Origin: Octopus vulgaris
Taxonomy: Eukaryota
Direction: 5' to 3'
NCBI GenBank assembly: GCA_951406725.2
Contig: OX597819.1
Location: 101,680,001 to 101,744,000 of the forward strand
Length of the DNA: 64,000 nt
Position 1 is the stretch's first letter. Each line of letters begins with the position of its first letter. A program made the translations under genes and the position numbers. Below, piece after piece: positions 11,677 through 25,400 of the stretch. The notes beneath the pieces are model-generated. The model made no database searches. It was given only the letters and a program-made list of their open reading frames with translations, and was not told the DNA's origin.

Positions 11677-12406
11677 TATGTATATATTTGCGAGGACGTA
11701 TTTATGATTTTCCTAATCTGTTGGCTGTTTGTATTCGATGTTCGAGGTTTCTTCCATAGTCAGACAATTATTTTCACATCCACCACCACCGCTTTTCCCA
11801 CTCGTATTCATTTTAGTCGATCAACTGCGTTTGGTTTAATCTGATGAGAAGTCTTATGTCTAATCCAAAGGGAAGAGCCACCATCCTTGCTAATCGCGAC
11901 TCATCCAAGACTAGCGGGTTCAATGTTGTTCAAATCTTCCCTTGTATCTCAGCCAGTTAGTGTATACAGAGAAACAGTGTTGTAGGAAGGTACTTTAAGG
12001 TTTTTGAAAGAGTTAATGTGATGTAGGTGGGGGTCAAGTACCAGGTTCAGTATTTTGGCGTGATACACAGTAAGACTGAATAAAGCACAAAAGTTAAAAA
12101 TCAAATGAGTGAGGTTAGACGAACGTGATACAGTCTGTTTGTATAAAGGAACATGACATTCTAATATCTGAAAAAAGAAAAAGGCAGAATAATAATAATA
12201 CAGCCACTTTTTAATAATGAAATAATTCGATGATGGCGTTTAGAATATTTGAATGCATTGTTAATACTACCTTGCCAATACCGCATTTCGATAGTGACAG
12301 ACCCTTGCAGCTTCCTTGCGAATCTCCTACTCTTCCGACTAGTATATACATATGTACGCATGTATGTTTGCATGTATGAGTGTACGTGTATATATGTGTG
12401 TGTATG

Positions 12407-12444
<38 letters not shown>

Positions 12445-12498
12445 AGTATATATACATATATGTATGTATGTATATATACATACATATATATATATACA

Positions 12499-12536
<38 letters not shown>

Positions 12537-12690
12537 TGTACACGAGTGAGTGGACTAACGAAAGAAAAGGGCACTCAACACTTTCAGCAGAAGTTACCTG
12601 TATTATTTTAAACGGTTCGGTGCAACTTAAATTTGCGCAGACCCCTAACAGGAGCCCGCTTCTATCAGGCTTTCGATTTGGCAATTTCAG

Positions 12691-12747
<57 letters not shown>

Positions 12748-12748
<1 letters not shown>

Positions 12749-12833
12749 TGTTGTGTCTGGGGAGAGTCATTTTATTTTTGTGCCTTATAATATAACACAC
12801 TCACCGAAAAATGACTCTCCCCAGACACAACAG
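12748..12833. repeat. Perfect 26-bp inverted repeat with 34-nt spacer, set between (TA)n tracts
   Basis: CTGTTGTGTCTGGGGAGAGTCATTTT ... AAAATGACTCTCCCCAGACACAACAG. Confidence 0.9.
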
Positions 12834-12892
12834 AATATGCTTCAACACACGAACTCACATAAAGAATCTTGCAAACCAAATCCAAAAACGAA

Positions 12893-12925
<33 letters not shown>

Positions 12926-14440
12926 GAAAGAGAGAGGGTGGGGGGAGAACGGTCAGAGGACTTTAAAACTTTGGAGCTCTAGATTTCAACCTGACAAATC
13001 TATAAATAACACAAGCACAACGCATCTTCCTCCCCACATTTTTTTATAAACAAGGAATGTTCTGTTGAGAATTGCTCTTGTGCCAAGTAAAGAATATGAT
13101 TTTCTCGAAATTTCAAATAAGATAAGGTGAAGTCTTTGTTATGCCTGCTTCGCAATACTTTATGAATATCGGCATTTAATATTTGGCAATATTGTTAAGA
13201 TGTCGTCTGTAGCAGAACATTTTTAATATTTCTAGGGGTTTTATGAAATGAAATTGGTGGGGTCTTTTATCATGATCTGAGAACGGCTAGAAACAAATAC
13301 ATATACAGAAACAAATAGAATCGTAATGAAAAAAGAAAGAACAGATATGTGAAATATTGATCAAAATACATCTCAATGTTCTAAAAATCAATGCAGGAAA
13401 GTAACATACATTTATGAAATCAGAGATAATAATAAAAGTCAATGAAGAGAACTAACGATTGAGAACTGCTGTGTTTGCGTACGTGGCTGGGGGTGGGGGG
13501 TGGAGAAGTAAACCAACATCAAATTTAGAACAACAAAAGACAGCACACGAAAAACGGTGCTTGAAATTTTGGAATGAATTCTGGGAAGAATAATTTAAAT
13601 TTTTTTCTTTCATTAATTGTTTTTTTGTTTTTTTTTCCACATTAGTTTTGGATTTCCTCACTCTCCCGTCCTCTTCTGGTGCCCAACTACATATAAAAAA
13701 ACCATATCGCTGTTCTGGTTCTCGTCTCAGAACATTTATTTCTATCGCAAAGTTTCGACATTTTAACTACTCTGTGGCTATTTTACGACTGTTGCAGCAA
13801 TATATATCTATGTATTTTGTCGTTCTGATAAACATGGACCTAAACATTGGTTATTCTGTTTTATTATTTTTGCTTCGTTTTATGTCAGAAATCATCATTT
13901 TTGTTTTATTATAGGAAATGCTATAATCTATATTCTCTCAAGGCATTCATTTACTCTCTCTTGATTCCGGAAGTTTCATAACAAGATTGGTTCTTACTTC
14001 CGGATATACTCATATCTAACTGGCAGCACTATCGCGTTCATAATAATATATCTGAAATTTCTTTTTTTTTCTTTTTTTTTTTTTTTACGTACACAAGATA
14101 TATGTTGCCTTTAGTAAATACTCTTTGATATTCAAGAATCTCCAAGCATATTTTTTCCCATGGAATTTCTAGTAAGAGTATGGGTCAGGTATGCTGTATA
14201 ATATTATTTCTATTGTATAATTTTATTTCTGTAGAATCCTTATCTGAATTTGCACTTTCAGAAATGGTCAGGATTATAGTGCTCGGTATTATAGACAATC
14301 CAACACAAACTAGCCAGAAAATCCAAAATACATTTTATGGGTATTTAAGGATACATCTTGTTTAAACTAAATTTTTATTCTACAATCATATATATATATA
14401 TATATACTTTATTAATAAAGCTGTAAAGACATCACAAAGA

Positions 14441-14478
14441 CTGTTACTCGGAGTTTCCCGTTCCTGTTCATCGGACAG
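14441..14478 (-). ncRNA. Minimal hammerhead motif, degenerate homologue of 2700-2737
   Basis: CUGU-CCGAUGA-ACA(GGAA)CGG-GAAA-CUC(C)GAG-UA-ACAG; stem II damaged. Confidence 0.55.
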
Positions 14479-15338
14479 TTTTGGTTGAGAATGGAACAAA
14501 ATATGGTTATATGCATAAATATACAATTATGTTGATAGATACACATTTGTAAATCGTTTTATTTCATTAGTCCTTTCAAATAACGATATTTTCAATAACC
14601 GGTTATATGAAATTACATTTACGATTTTAAATCATATTATTATAAAAAATCGACAAAAACCTTAAATCAAAAATTAGCTTTAATAGAAGGAAAAACCATG
14701 TATACCCAGGTTAAATTAATTAATGGTAAAAATAAATTAAAATAAATTAAAAGGATATGTCCGTTAAAAATAGAAACATTTACAAAGAACTAACATCATA
14801 AAAATACATATACATTTAGTGATACATACACATACCCCAAAACCTATACATACGTAAATACACTAAGCATAAAAAACGTTGGTACAAGCCTACATACAAA
14901 ACATAAATATACACAAATGCATATATAAGTGTCTACGTACATATAATATACGCACATATTACTACTCCGTGTGTATTTCAAATATAAAAATTAGTTGTTA
15001 CAAGTTTGAGATAAAAAACGGAAATAAAATCAGAGAATAATAAGTGGTGGGAGAAAGGAAAAGAATAAACAAAGAAGTAGTAGAAGAAAGAAAAAGAAAG
15101 AGAAAGAGAAAATTAGAAAGAGAAAGAGAAAATAGACAAAGAGAGACAGTGAAATGATTTTGAAGATGGCGTTCCGAGGAAGTATCTAACACATATTAGA
15201 TATTTTAGTAAGCTTTCAAATGCACATATAAAAACGCACACATATAAGAAGACATGTATATCTACATAAATACATACATACATGCGATAGTAATACACAT
15301 GTAGATACGCATACAAATATACAAATAAACATAAACGT

Positions 15339-15377
<39 letters not shown>

Positions 15378-15428
15378 CAAATACATATATACACCATAAT
15401 ATATATAGCATACAGATATACAGATGTA

Positions 15429-15936
15429 CTACGTTGGGGAAAAAGTTCGTGTGCGTGTTAAAATAATGATTTTTAATACAAAAATTTATTCAAAAACAAA
15501 AACTATTCGTCAATATAAAGGCCATCATATTCCACGACCTTGTGCAAACGATCTGCAAGCTTTAGGATTTGGTCAAAGTACCAATCCTTCGGCTTTGAAT
15601 CGAAAAATTCTTGACCTTCTTCTTCAACTTCATCGAATGACTCAAATCGGAGACCTTTCATAAGGTGTTGCGTTGATTGGAAGAGACCGTTGTCAGATGG
15701 AGTAACGTCTGAACTATAGGCTGGATGCGGCAAGACATCCACACCGTCCAGGTCTTCAGGCTTGTTGTTGGTCTTTCTGGCGGTATGGAGTTTTGCATTT
15801 TTTGTTGACACAAAGCGGGTTATCGACGAAGTATTGGATGCTTTTCAACCAGCGCATCGTAGACTCGATCAAGTTGCATCATATAAAAAAGCATTACTCT
15901 AACACGGCGCATGAATGTTTTTTTACTTCAACCTAA
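15429..15936 (-). mobile_element. Internally deleted mariner transposon
   Basis: ORF 15503-15811 has LPHPAYSSDVTPSD..LF (YSPDLAPSD motif) and ends KVVEYDGLYIDE; degenerate TIRs at both ends. Confidence 0.85.
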
Positions 15937-16153
15937 TATTTAAAATTATTCTGGTATATAGAATAATAAAATAAGAAAATTATACAATAAATTAATATCA
16001 CATAATTAAATGTAATATGAATATAAAAATTTAGAATAATAATTTAAAATTCAAATATGAAAATGAGTAAAAATGGATTAAAATTTAACCTCGGCAAAAT
16101 TCATATTTAAATTCGCAAAATAGTCGAAGGCTTTCTTAAAAGTCGAATGCAAA

Positions 16154-16257
<104 letters not shown>

Positions 16258-16354
16258 TATGGAGGTTTAGTTCACAGGTAATCTTGAGGACTAGGTACGA
16301 TATATATATATACACATATAATCATCAATACGTTAGTTGTCCTCCTCAACAATT

Positions 16355-16396
<42 letters not shown>

Positions 16397-16400
<4 letters not shown>

Positions 16401-16575
16401 TCATCATCATCTATACATCTGTATTTCATGCTGGCATGTGCTCGACGTTCTGAACAGCGCTGGCAAGCCAGAGAACTGCACCATGTTCAAGTTAGATTTG
16501 GCATAGTTTCTACGCCTGGATACCCTTCCTAACGCTAACCACTTTACCGTGGCTGCTGGGTGGTTTTAACGTTGC
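16397..16575 (-). mobile_element. Short retroposon 3' part with (GAT)n tail
   Basis: Minus strand GTGGTTAGCGTTAGGAAGGGTATCCAGGCGTAGAAACTATGCCAAATC...CCAGCATGAAA...GATGATGATG. Confidence 0.6.
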
Positions 16576-16809
16576 AAGACAAACACAAAGGAGGAAAATA
16601 TTGAAAATTCTTTTTAAGCACATTGTGGAAATTATACTTGGCTGACCTACTTGTCCAGACAAAGTGGTTGTAATCCACGTAGTCCGTAAAATTACTTTCT
16701 GCTATCTTTCCAATTCCTCAATCCAAACTTCAGCATTGTATCACAGAATTCAGAAAAGGTCACCTAGGATAGTGGAAAAGATAAAAATAATGAAAAATTC
16801 TAATTTTTA

Positions 16810-17161
16810 GATCTGCGTATAGAAAGATTTATGTCAAATCCTATTTCAATGCTACATCAACCATACAATTCTTATGTCTTCTGATAGACATATTCACCCC
16901 TTGCTTCTAAAAGTTAACAGTTTAACACTGTCTCTCTTAAATTGCTTAAAGATCTCTACTCCTAGCATTGTAATGAAAGTTTGCGAAAGATGCTGGTGTT
17001 AATTTCTGCATGCTTGTAAAATCCTAGTTTTGGGATCTGCGTATGCAAAGAATTTTAGCAAATTATATTTCAATGCTACATCAGCCATACCATTCTTATG
17101 TCTCCAGATACAGATATCCACCTCTTGTTGCTGAAATTTTAAACTTTACTACTATCACTCT
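16810..17161. repeat. Diverged direct repeat, ~128-bp units, period 224
   Basis: GATCTGCGTAT...TATTTCAATGCTACATCA.CCATAC.ATTCTTATGTCT at 16810 and 17034. Confidence 0.75.
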
Positions 17162-17177
17162 AGCAGTGAGGTGAAGC

Positions 17178-17261
<84 letters not shown>

Positions 17262-17264
<3 letters not shown>

Positions 17265-17563
17265 CGCAATGGCCCAGTGGTAAGGGCAGCGGAATCGCAG
17301 TTGGAGGGTCGCGGTTTCGATTCTCAGACCGGGCGTTATGAGTGTTTAATGATCGAAAACAGCTAAAGCTCCACGAGGCTCCGGAAGGGGGTGGTGTCGA
17401 CCCATGTTGTACTCTTTCGCCCCGAATTCCTCTGTTTCTTCCTGTTTTTTGAGTAACGCTGCGATGGACTGGCGCCCCGTTCCGCTGGGGTTAACACATA
17501 CGCCACAGAAACCAGGAAACCAGGCCCATGAGCCTGGCTAGGCTTGAAAAGAGCGCATAAAAA
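17262..17563 (+). mobile_element. SINE family C (tRNA head)
   Basis: AGGCGCAATGGCCCAGTGGTAAGGG (A box), GGTTTCGATTC (B box); first ~170 nt shared with 53690. Confidence 0.8.
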
Positions 17564-17603
17564 ATAATATATATATATATATATATTTATACACATGTAT
17601 ACA

Positions 17604-17656
<53 letters not shown>

Positions 17657-17878
17657 GTTCGTGAGTGTATGTATGTATGTATGTATGTATATTTGTATAT
17701 ATGTATATTGATGATATTTCTACATACAAAATAGCTTATTTTCAGAGTACTATCTCAATATTCTTGCATTTGTCTTGACCGGCGGCTAATCCAGAATTCG
17801 TAACAAGCTTTATTAAGCACATTGTCACCCAAATACTTATGGAGAAATATATTGGATATATACATATATTCATATATA

Positions 17879-17928
<50 letters not shown>

Positions 17929-18609
17929 CATATATGTATGTGTATAAGCATATTCTAGGCATATATAAACATATATGACTATAGCATAAATATAGAGCAT
18001 ATATCTATATGTATCTTCTTATGTATGCTTACATACATATTGCAGATATGCATATATACTTAAATATGTACATGTATATACAAATAAGCATGTACATATA
18101 CACACATACAAACACACATACACATCGATTTAATCATATTCGTACACTGCATTCTTCATATAATGTATTCTATAATTAGCACTTCCTTTGCCCTACATAT
18201 GATGTCTATATTCAAATTTTAAGTCGGCGTCGTCGTCGTTGTCATCATCATCATCTTCATCATCATCTTCATCATTATCATCATCACCATTACGGCTCTC
18301 GTCTCAGGCATTTTATATGCTATCATATATTTCATTATTTAAGCAGTAAATTATTTATCCCTTCGAGCCTTTCTCACCCTGTATCTCCTTTGAGGCTTAT
18401 TATCGCTTTTTTTTATCTTCATTTTCACCCAGGGCACATATTAATTTAACATTGATATAACATACACATACATTGCAAAAAAATACATTTATACAGATAT
18501 ACATATATACACATGTATACATATATACCTATATGAATATATATGTATATATATATATCTATGTCTGTTTATAGGAATATATATATAGATATACATATAG
18601 ATATATACC

Positions 18610-18666
<57 letters not shown>

Positions 18667-18769
18667 TCACATATATTCATACATAGGTAATTGTATATGC
18701 ATGTGTTATTAATTTGTGTGTTTGTGAGAGAATGTTCATTCTATTACTGTGTATACACATGAACATATG

Positions 18770-18846
<77 letters not shown>

Positions 18847-18974
18847 GTATCAACATATATGTATATATACCTAAATACACACAGACATATATAAATTATA
18901 TACATACATATATATACAATATACATATATATAAAATGTATATATATGAATGTATATATATATATGTATGTATA

Positions 18975-19042
<68 letters not shown>

Positions 19043-19669
19043 ATACATATATATACAGACGCGCTTATGCATGCACATAATTTAAACTCATTATATATAT
19101 GTGTGTGTGTGTGCTTAATGTGAATGATTGATATGTTCGTTGAAATAACCTATTTAAATTTTATTAATATGTCTCCATTATTATCATCATCATCATCATC
19201 ATCATTATCATCATTATTGTTATGTTGTTCTTGTTCATGATGTTGTTTCGGAATGACACTAAAGAGATTTTCATTATTCCTAACAGGGTGTTACGACTCA
19301 AAATCGTGACACTGAATATCAAGCCCACATTTCCAAAAATGTCATCATTTTCTGTCGAAATATCGTACATTAATTAAGACTTACTTTCAATCACACAACT
19401 GACATCAGCAAATGCAATAACTACTGATAATGGAGATTTGATGTATATGCTACATATATAAATATACATAAATACACATACACACTTTAAGACACATGGA
19501 TATGTGTATATACGTAATGTATGGATGTGATACACAATCACGCGTATTCAAATACATTCATACCTACATATATATGAACACTTATGACGTCAACCGTATG
19601 TATGTATACACACACACACAAACATACGTATATGACGTCAATAATATAAGCAATGTATATGTATGTGTG

Positions 19670-19718
<49 letters not shown>

Positions 19719-19890
19719 CATGTTATACGAATTTTATAAACTTTCGAGAGAACTTGAAATTATTTCTATTTTGGAACATTCGATCTTGATACGTATTACA
19801 TAGAGTTATAAATTATAGCGTGTAAATATTGAGTTGGATACCCTATTGGATAACACACACACACACACCCACACACACACACACACACAC

Positions 19891-19932
<42 letters not shown>

Positions 19933-19963
19933 GCACACGTACTCACACACACAATACAACTCA

Positions 19964-20175
19964 CGGGTGGAGGCTGAAAATTTCTTGCTTTCTGAAAAAG
20001 AAAATACAGGAGGATCAGTTAATCATGATTTTATTCAACATATCCCCACCTCAGATTCATTTATTGAAGGAGTCCTTCAGTTTTCTAAGCACCCTAAGAG
20101 TCATCGGACGTTTGGGCCTCTAGCCAGGGCTTTCATGATACCCTTAAAGACAGGACCTTTTCAGCATCCCATTCG
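19964..20175. mobile_element. Mariner-derived MITE, copy 2
   Basis: AAAGAAAATACAGGAGGATCAGTTAATCATGATTTTATTCAACATAT core plus degenerate TIRs. Confidence 0.75.
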
Positions 20176-20887
20176 CATATGAATCAATCAGATACATTGT
20201 GTGCATGACAGAGAAGCGTCACTTTACCTCTCAACATTTTAATATGTTATACAGGAAGCTGGAAATAGTGTCATTGTGCAGGCATAAGGATGCACTATAC
20301 TCTAGAAACTGCCGGTTGTAGTAACTGTTCGCATCAGTACCCACATAGGACATCGCTGGGCTGGATGAAAACACATAGAGGCCCTAATCTCTTGAAAGAT
20401 TTTTGATGTCCCATAGTTAAAATTATTACGGTTATTTGAAATAACCGCTATATATTTTTAGTTATAGTTCATACCTAATTGGACTCACAAGTCTTTTTCT
20501 CATAAGGATAAATATGAATCCCCTAATTCCTATTCTGCTATTTCCTTTCTCAAGTCCTTTGTAAAAATTTTGTTTATACTTCTTGCACTGAAGATTACGG
20601 TGATATATAATCAATTTAATTAATTAAATTAATTCATTTCAACCATAAATTTGCCTGATTTGTATATGTCAGTACGAAACGATCGTCTGCATGACTTTAG
20701 TTTCTCTCGTATATATTTTAACATCTCTTCTCTATTTATAACAAAATTGTTGAATTTTAAAGGATATCTTTCCATAAATTCGCATCACATCATATACAAG
20801 TATTATTTTCATATTCGCAAATTCACACCTGTAAACTACCAGCAAAGTATGAAAAATGAATATTAGAAATCTATTTCGGAAAACTCC

Positions 20888-21010
20888 AAATTAAAAGACG
20901 AATCTAATTCAACCTTTTTACACACACGCACACGTGCACACACACACACACACACACAAACACACATATAAGAATATGTAAAAAGGTTGAATTAGATTCG
21001 TCTTTAATTT
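20888..21010. repeat. ~34-bp inverted repeat enclosing a (CA)n spacer
   Basis: AAATTAAAAGACGAATCTAATTCAACCTTTTTACA vs TGTAAAAAGGTTGAATTAGATTCGTCTTTAATTT (one indel). Confidence 0.9.
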
Positions 21011-21039
21011 ATAAATATACATACATATGTGTATGTATA

Positions 21040-21099
<60 letters not shown>

Positions 21100-21111
21100 A
21101 ATGTATATACA

Positions 21112-21322
21112 CTTTTACTCTTTTACTTGTTTCAACCATTTGACTGCGGCCATGTTGGAGCACCGCCTTTAGTCGAGAAAATCGATTCCAGGACTTATTT
21201 TTTGTAAGCCTAGTACTTATTCTATCGACTTCTTTTTGCTGAACCGCTAAGTTACGGGGACGCAAGCACACCAGCATCGGTTGTCAAAGCGATGATTGGG
21301 TGAGAAACACAGACACACAAAC

Positions 21323-21397
<75 letters not shown>

Positions 21398-21406
21398 GTG
21401 TGTGAG

Positions 21407-21450
<44 letters not shown>

Positions 21451-21611
21451 ACGGGCTTTTTTCAGTTTCCGTCTACCAGATCCACTCACAAGGTTTTGGT
21501 CGGGCCGAGGCTATAGTAGAAGACACTTGCCCAAGATGCCATGCAGTGGGACTGAACCCGGAAACATGTGGTTGCTTAGCAAGCTACTTACCACACAGCC
21601 ACTCCTGCGCC
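21112..21611 (-). mobile_element. SINE family A, full length
   Basis: Minus strand GGCGCAGGAGTGGCTGTGTGGTAAG (A box), GGTTCAGTCCC (B box), internal (TA)n, tail GAAACAAGTAAAAGAGTAAAAG. Confidence 0.9.
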
Positions 21612-22502
21612 TACTTGTTGATGATCGTGTATGAAGAGAAATTCTGATTAGCAATTTTATAAAATGATCGATTAGCAATTTTATATTTTGAATATCTCAG
21701 GAACATGTACAAAATATTATTTTGGCTCTTACTAAAATCATGAAGCAAACACTGATTAATTTAGGAACTATAAAAAAAACGTATCACTCTTAATAACTGC
21801 TTATTTAGACAACAGGAAAGAGAAGACAAAATGAATCACAATCTTTTAACATCCACATACTACTTAAGGAAAGCAGAAAAGAAAGCAATAATCTATAAAC
21901 AACGTATTAAATCCATCAAGGATTTTGCAAATCGATATTAGAACCCAATCACTCCACAACAAACTAAAGATTGTCTGAAACAGTGTAGTCTGCATCAGCC
22001 CAGGCTGCACACAAACTGCACCCGCAGAACATTTTTACAAATGAATCAAAGAAACAAAATTAAAAGTGAAGGATGTACTGGATATATGAAAGTTTTTACT
22101 GTAGTTCTAAAGGCCGAAAATCCCAATTAGTTTGCCTACTGCTTTGTGGAGGTATGGCTACACATTTGCGTCCCAATCAGGTCAGATATATATAAAAAGA
22201 AAGTCACTTGTTTCGATAGAAATTATAACCTGCACTGATTTTCTTATGACGTTTCATATCCGAGACGCTTGATGTAAGCCACAATGGGATCGAAGATTAA
22301 AAAAAATGGGTAATGGACCTATATGCCCATACGTCAAGAGTTATTACAAAATGGCATAATCACCATTACCCATTTTTCGTTTTCGATCTCATTATTGTTT
22401 ACATCAGGCGTCACAGATACGAAACGTGTGTGTGTCAGTGCATGTTGTTGTGTGCGTATGTACGTATATATATATATATAAATATATATATATGTGTGTG
22501 TG

Positions 22503-22641
22503 TGTGGATGTGTGGTAAGTAGCTTGCTTATCCACCACATGGCTCCAGGTTCAGTCCCACTGCGTGGCACCTTGGGCAATTGTCTTCTACTATAGCCTCG
22601 GGCCGACTAAAGCCTTGTGAGTGGATTTGGTTGACGGAAAC
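22503..22641 (+). mobile_element. SINE family A, 5' half
   Basis: GTGTGGTAAGTAGCTTGCTT...CCTTGGGCAATTGTCTTCTACTATAGCC. Confidence 0.85.
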
Positions 22642-22918
22642 ACACACACATGTGTGTGTGTGTGTCAGCAACACATATACACATAAAGATGGTCACCCGT
22701 AGAAGATTTTATTTTATCTTGTATTCAGGAGATAAGTTAATGCCTATAACACCTTGCAGGGCTCCGAGTCACGTGGACGAAAAAGAGGTTAGTTTTCTTA
22801 AAATCATAACCGAGCCCAAGTCGTTGCAACAGAGTGAACCCCGCCAAAGGCGCATAAAAACCATGCTAGTGTTATCCCACAAGGCGACAGATTGAGTCAA
22901 CGATTCCGTTACGAGTGT

Positions 22919-23110
22919 GGAGACGCATGGTTTAGTGGGTAGGGTGTTGCACTCATGATCGTAATATTGTGGTTTCGACTCTTGGGTCGGGCAATGTGTT
23001 GTGTGCTTGAGCGAAGCACTTTATTTCACGTTAATCCAGACCACTCAGCTGGTGAAAATGAGTAATCATGCAGATGGCCATATGCACGTAACAGAGTAAC
23101 GTGGACTAAC
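22919..23110 (+). mobile_element. Degenerate SINE with family-B head
   Basis: GACGCATGGTTTAGTGGGTAGGG...CTTGAGCGAAGCACTTTATTTCACG...CACTCAGCTG. Confidence 0.65.
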
Positions 23111-23469
23111 CATTCTAGCACTAGTGGGATACGAACTTAAGATTTTAACAAAAGAAATTATAAAAGTTATAAAGTCTTGCTCGACAACACAAAAGCGTCA
23201 TCGCCAAACAGACATCTTACCATTTACTTCCACACACTTCTACGCATTATGCTTAGGCACCGAACAAACAATATGTCTCGATAACTGTTAATCCGCTAAC
23301 GTAGTGACACACAGACACATTTTCACTAGATTTCTCAATATTGCCTATAGAATGAACCATTATTAAATGAAATTTGAGACAACTAATCATAAACGTTTGT
23401 CTCAGATTTCAGACTTAGACCAGACTTCTTTGTAGACGGAATGGATTAAGAAGGATCTAGAAACCAGCT

Positions 23470-23573
<104 letters not shown>

Positions 23574-24144
23574 ACACACATACACACACACACACACACA
23601 ATTATATGTATATATACATATACATGCATACATTCAAGCATACATATCTGCATGTATGCATACATGTATATGCACATATATGTATATCCATGCGTTGATA
23701 TGCAAATACGCATTTATGAATACAAGCAAATATACACACATGCTTTTATCGATCTATCTATCTATCTATCTATCTACCTATCTATCTATCTATTCTGTGT
23801 AATATAAAGGTATATTTTCAAACACATGCATATGTATAATAGTGTGTGTCTGTGTCTGTGTCTGCGTGCGTATTTGTGTGTTCATATGTGCACACTCACT
23901 TGCATATAAAAGCAAGCATATATTGATGTATGGATTCAAATTTCTGCCTTTTTCGCAAATGTTTTATATTATTCTGTTGTTCTGTTTATTTCATCGATTG
24001 TCATAATTTTTCTATTTTATTTGTGACACAATCTCTTGCCCCATGTATCCTTTGTCTTCTATAATTTCCCTCCTGCCTTCATTTCCTTCCCTTCTCTTTT
24101 TCTCTCCCTCTCTTTATTTCTCTGTCTGTGTCTCATTCTCTCTC

Positions 24145-24175
<31 letters not shown>

Positions 24176-24366
24176 TCTCACTCTGTCGCTGAAATGTATG
24201 CATAGCTGTGACGTCGCATTGTCTCGTAAACACATATGCACTCACACTCAAACATGCCTATGTGCAAATATTTACGTATGTATTTTTGCTTATGTATATA
24301 AATGTATATACATACATTTAAATATGAGGATATATATAGATACGTTCAAATATTTATATATATATG

Positions 24367-24413
<47 letters not shown>

Positions 24414-24471
24414 AGGTTTGTGTGTGCGTGTACATATATATGTACAGGCGTGTCTTTGTGTATATGTATAA

Positions 24472-24659
24472 GCGTAAGCGTGGCAGCGTGGTAAGAAGCT
24501 CGCTTCCAAAGCTCGCGGTTCTAGGTTCAGTTCCTGTGTACCTTGGGTAGGTGACTTCTACTCTAGCCTCGGGTCAACCAAATCATTGCGAGTGCATTTG
24601 ATATACGGAAACTGAAAGAAGCTTGTCGTATATATATATGCATGTATGTGTGTGTGTGT

Positions 24660-24711
<52 letters not shown>

Positions 24712-24918
24712 CTATGTGTGCATGTCTTCGAGACTGTGTACTCACCACTGCTTGACAACCGGTCTTGGTGTGTTTATCTACCCGTACCTTAGCGTTTTTG
24801 CAAAAGAGACCTGATGGAATAAGTACTTGGCTTAAACATATAAATCCTGTGGTCGATATGTTCGTCAAAAAGCGTTTTAGTCGTTGCTACTGCATGGCCG
24901 CAATCAAATGACGAAATA
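24472..24918 (+). mobile_element. SINE family A, degenerate full length
   Basis: Head, internal (TG)n and tail align with the 38187 copy. Confidence 0.8.
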
Positions 24919-24923
24919 TACGA

Positions 24924-25033
<110 letters not shown>

Positions 25034-25067
25034 AATTATATATATATACAAAGTTAGATAGATAGAC

Positions 25068-25181
<114 letters not shown>

Positions 25182-25400
25182 ACTAACACACAGATACATA
25201 CATATACGTTTATCTTCATCGTCATTTTCGTTTGAATTTGATTCCTTCGATCGCACTCTGTCTTAATTTCATGTAGTATTTGATAGATCCTCACGTAACA
25301 TCCTGCATCCGTACAGATTTGGTCAAGGAAGCATTTTACTGGGTAGCAGTTCTCTGTACAAACTACTTATATCTCCCACAATGTCATGGTCAGTTACTTA

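Noticed and set aside
19267-19440. Possible splice acceptor TTTTCATTATTCCTAACAG and downstream exon
   Set aside because: Short frame, no recognisable protein and no clear donor.
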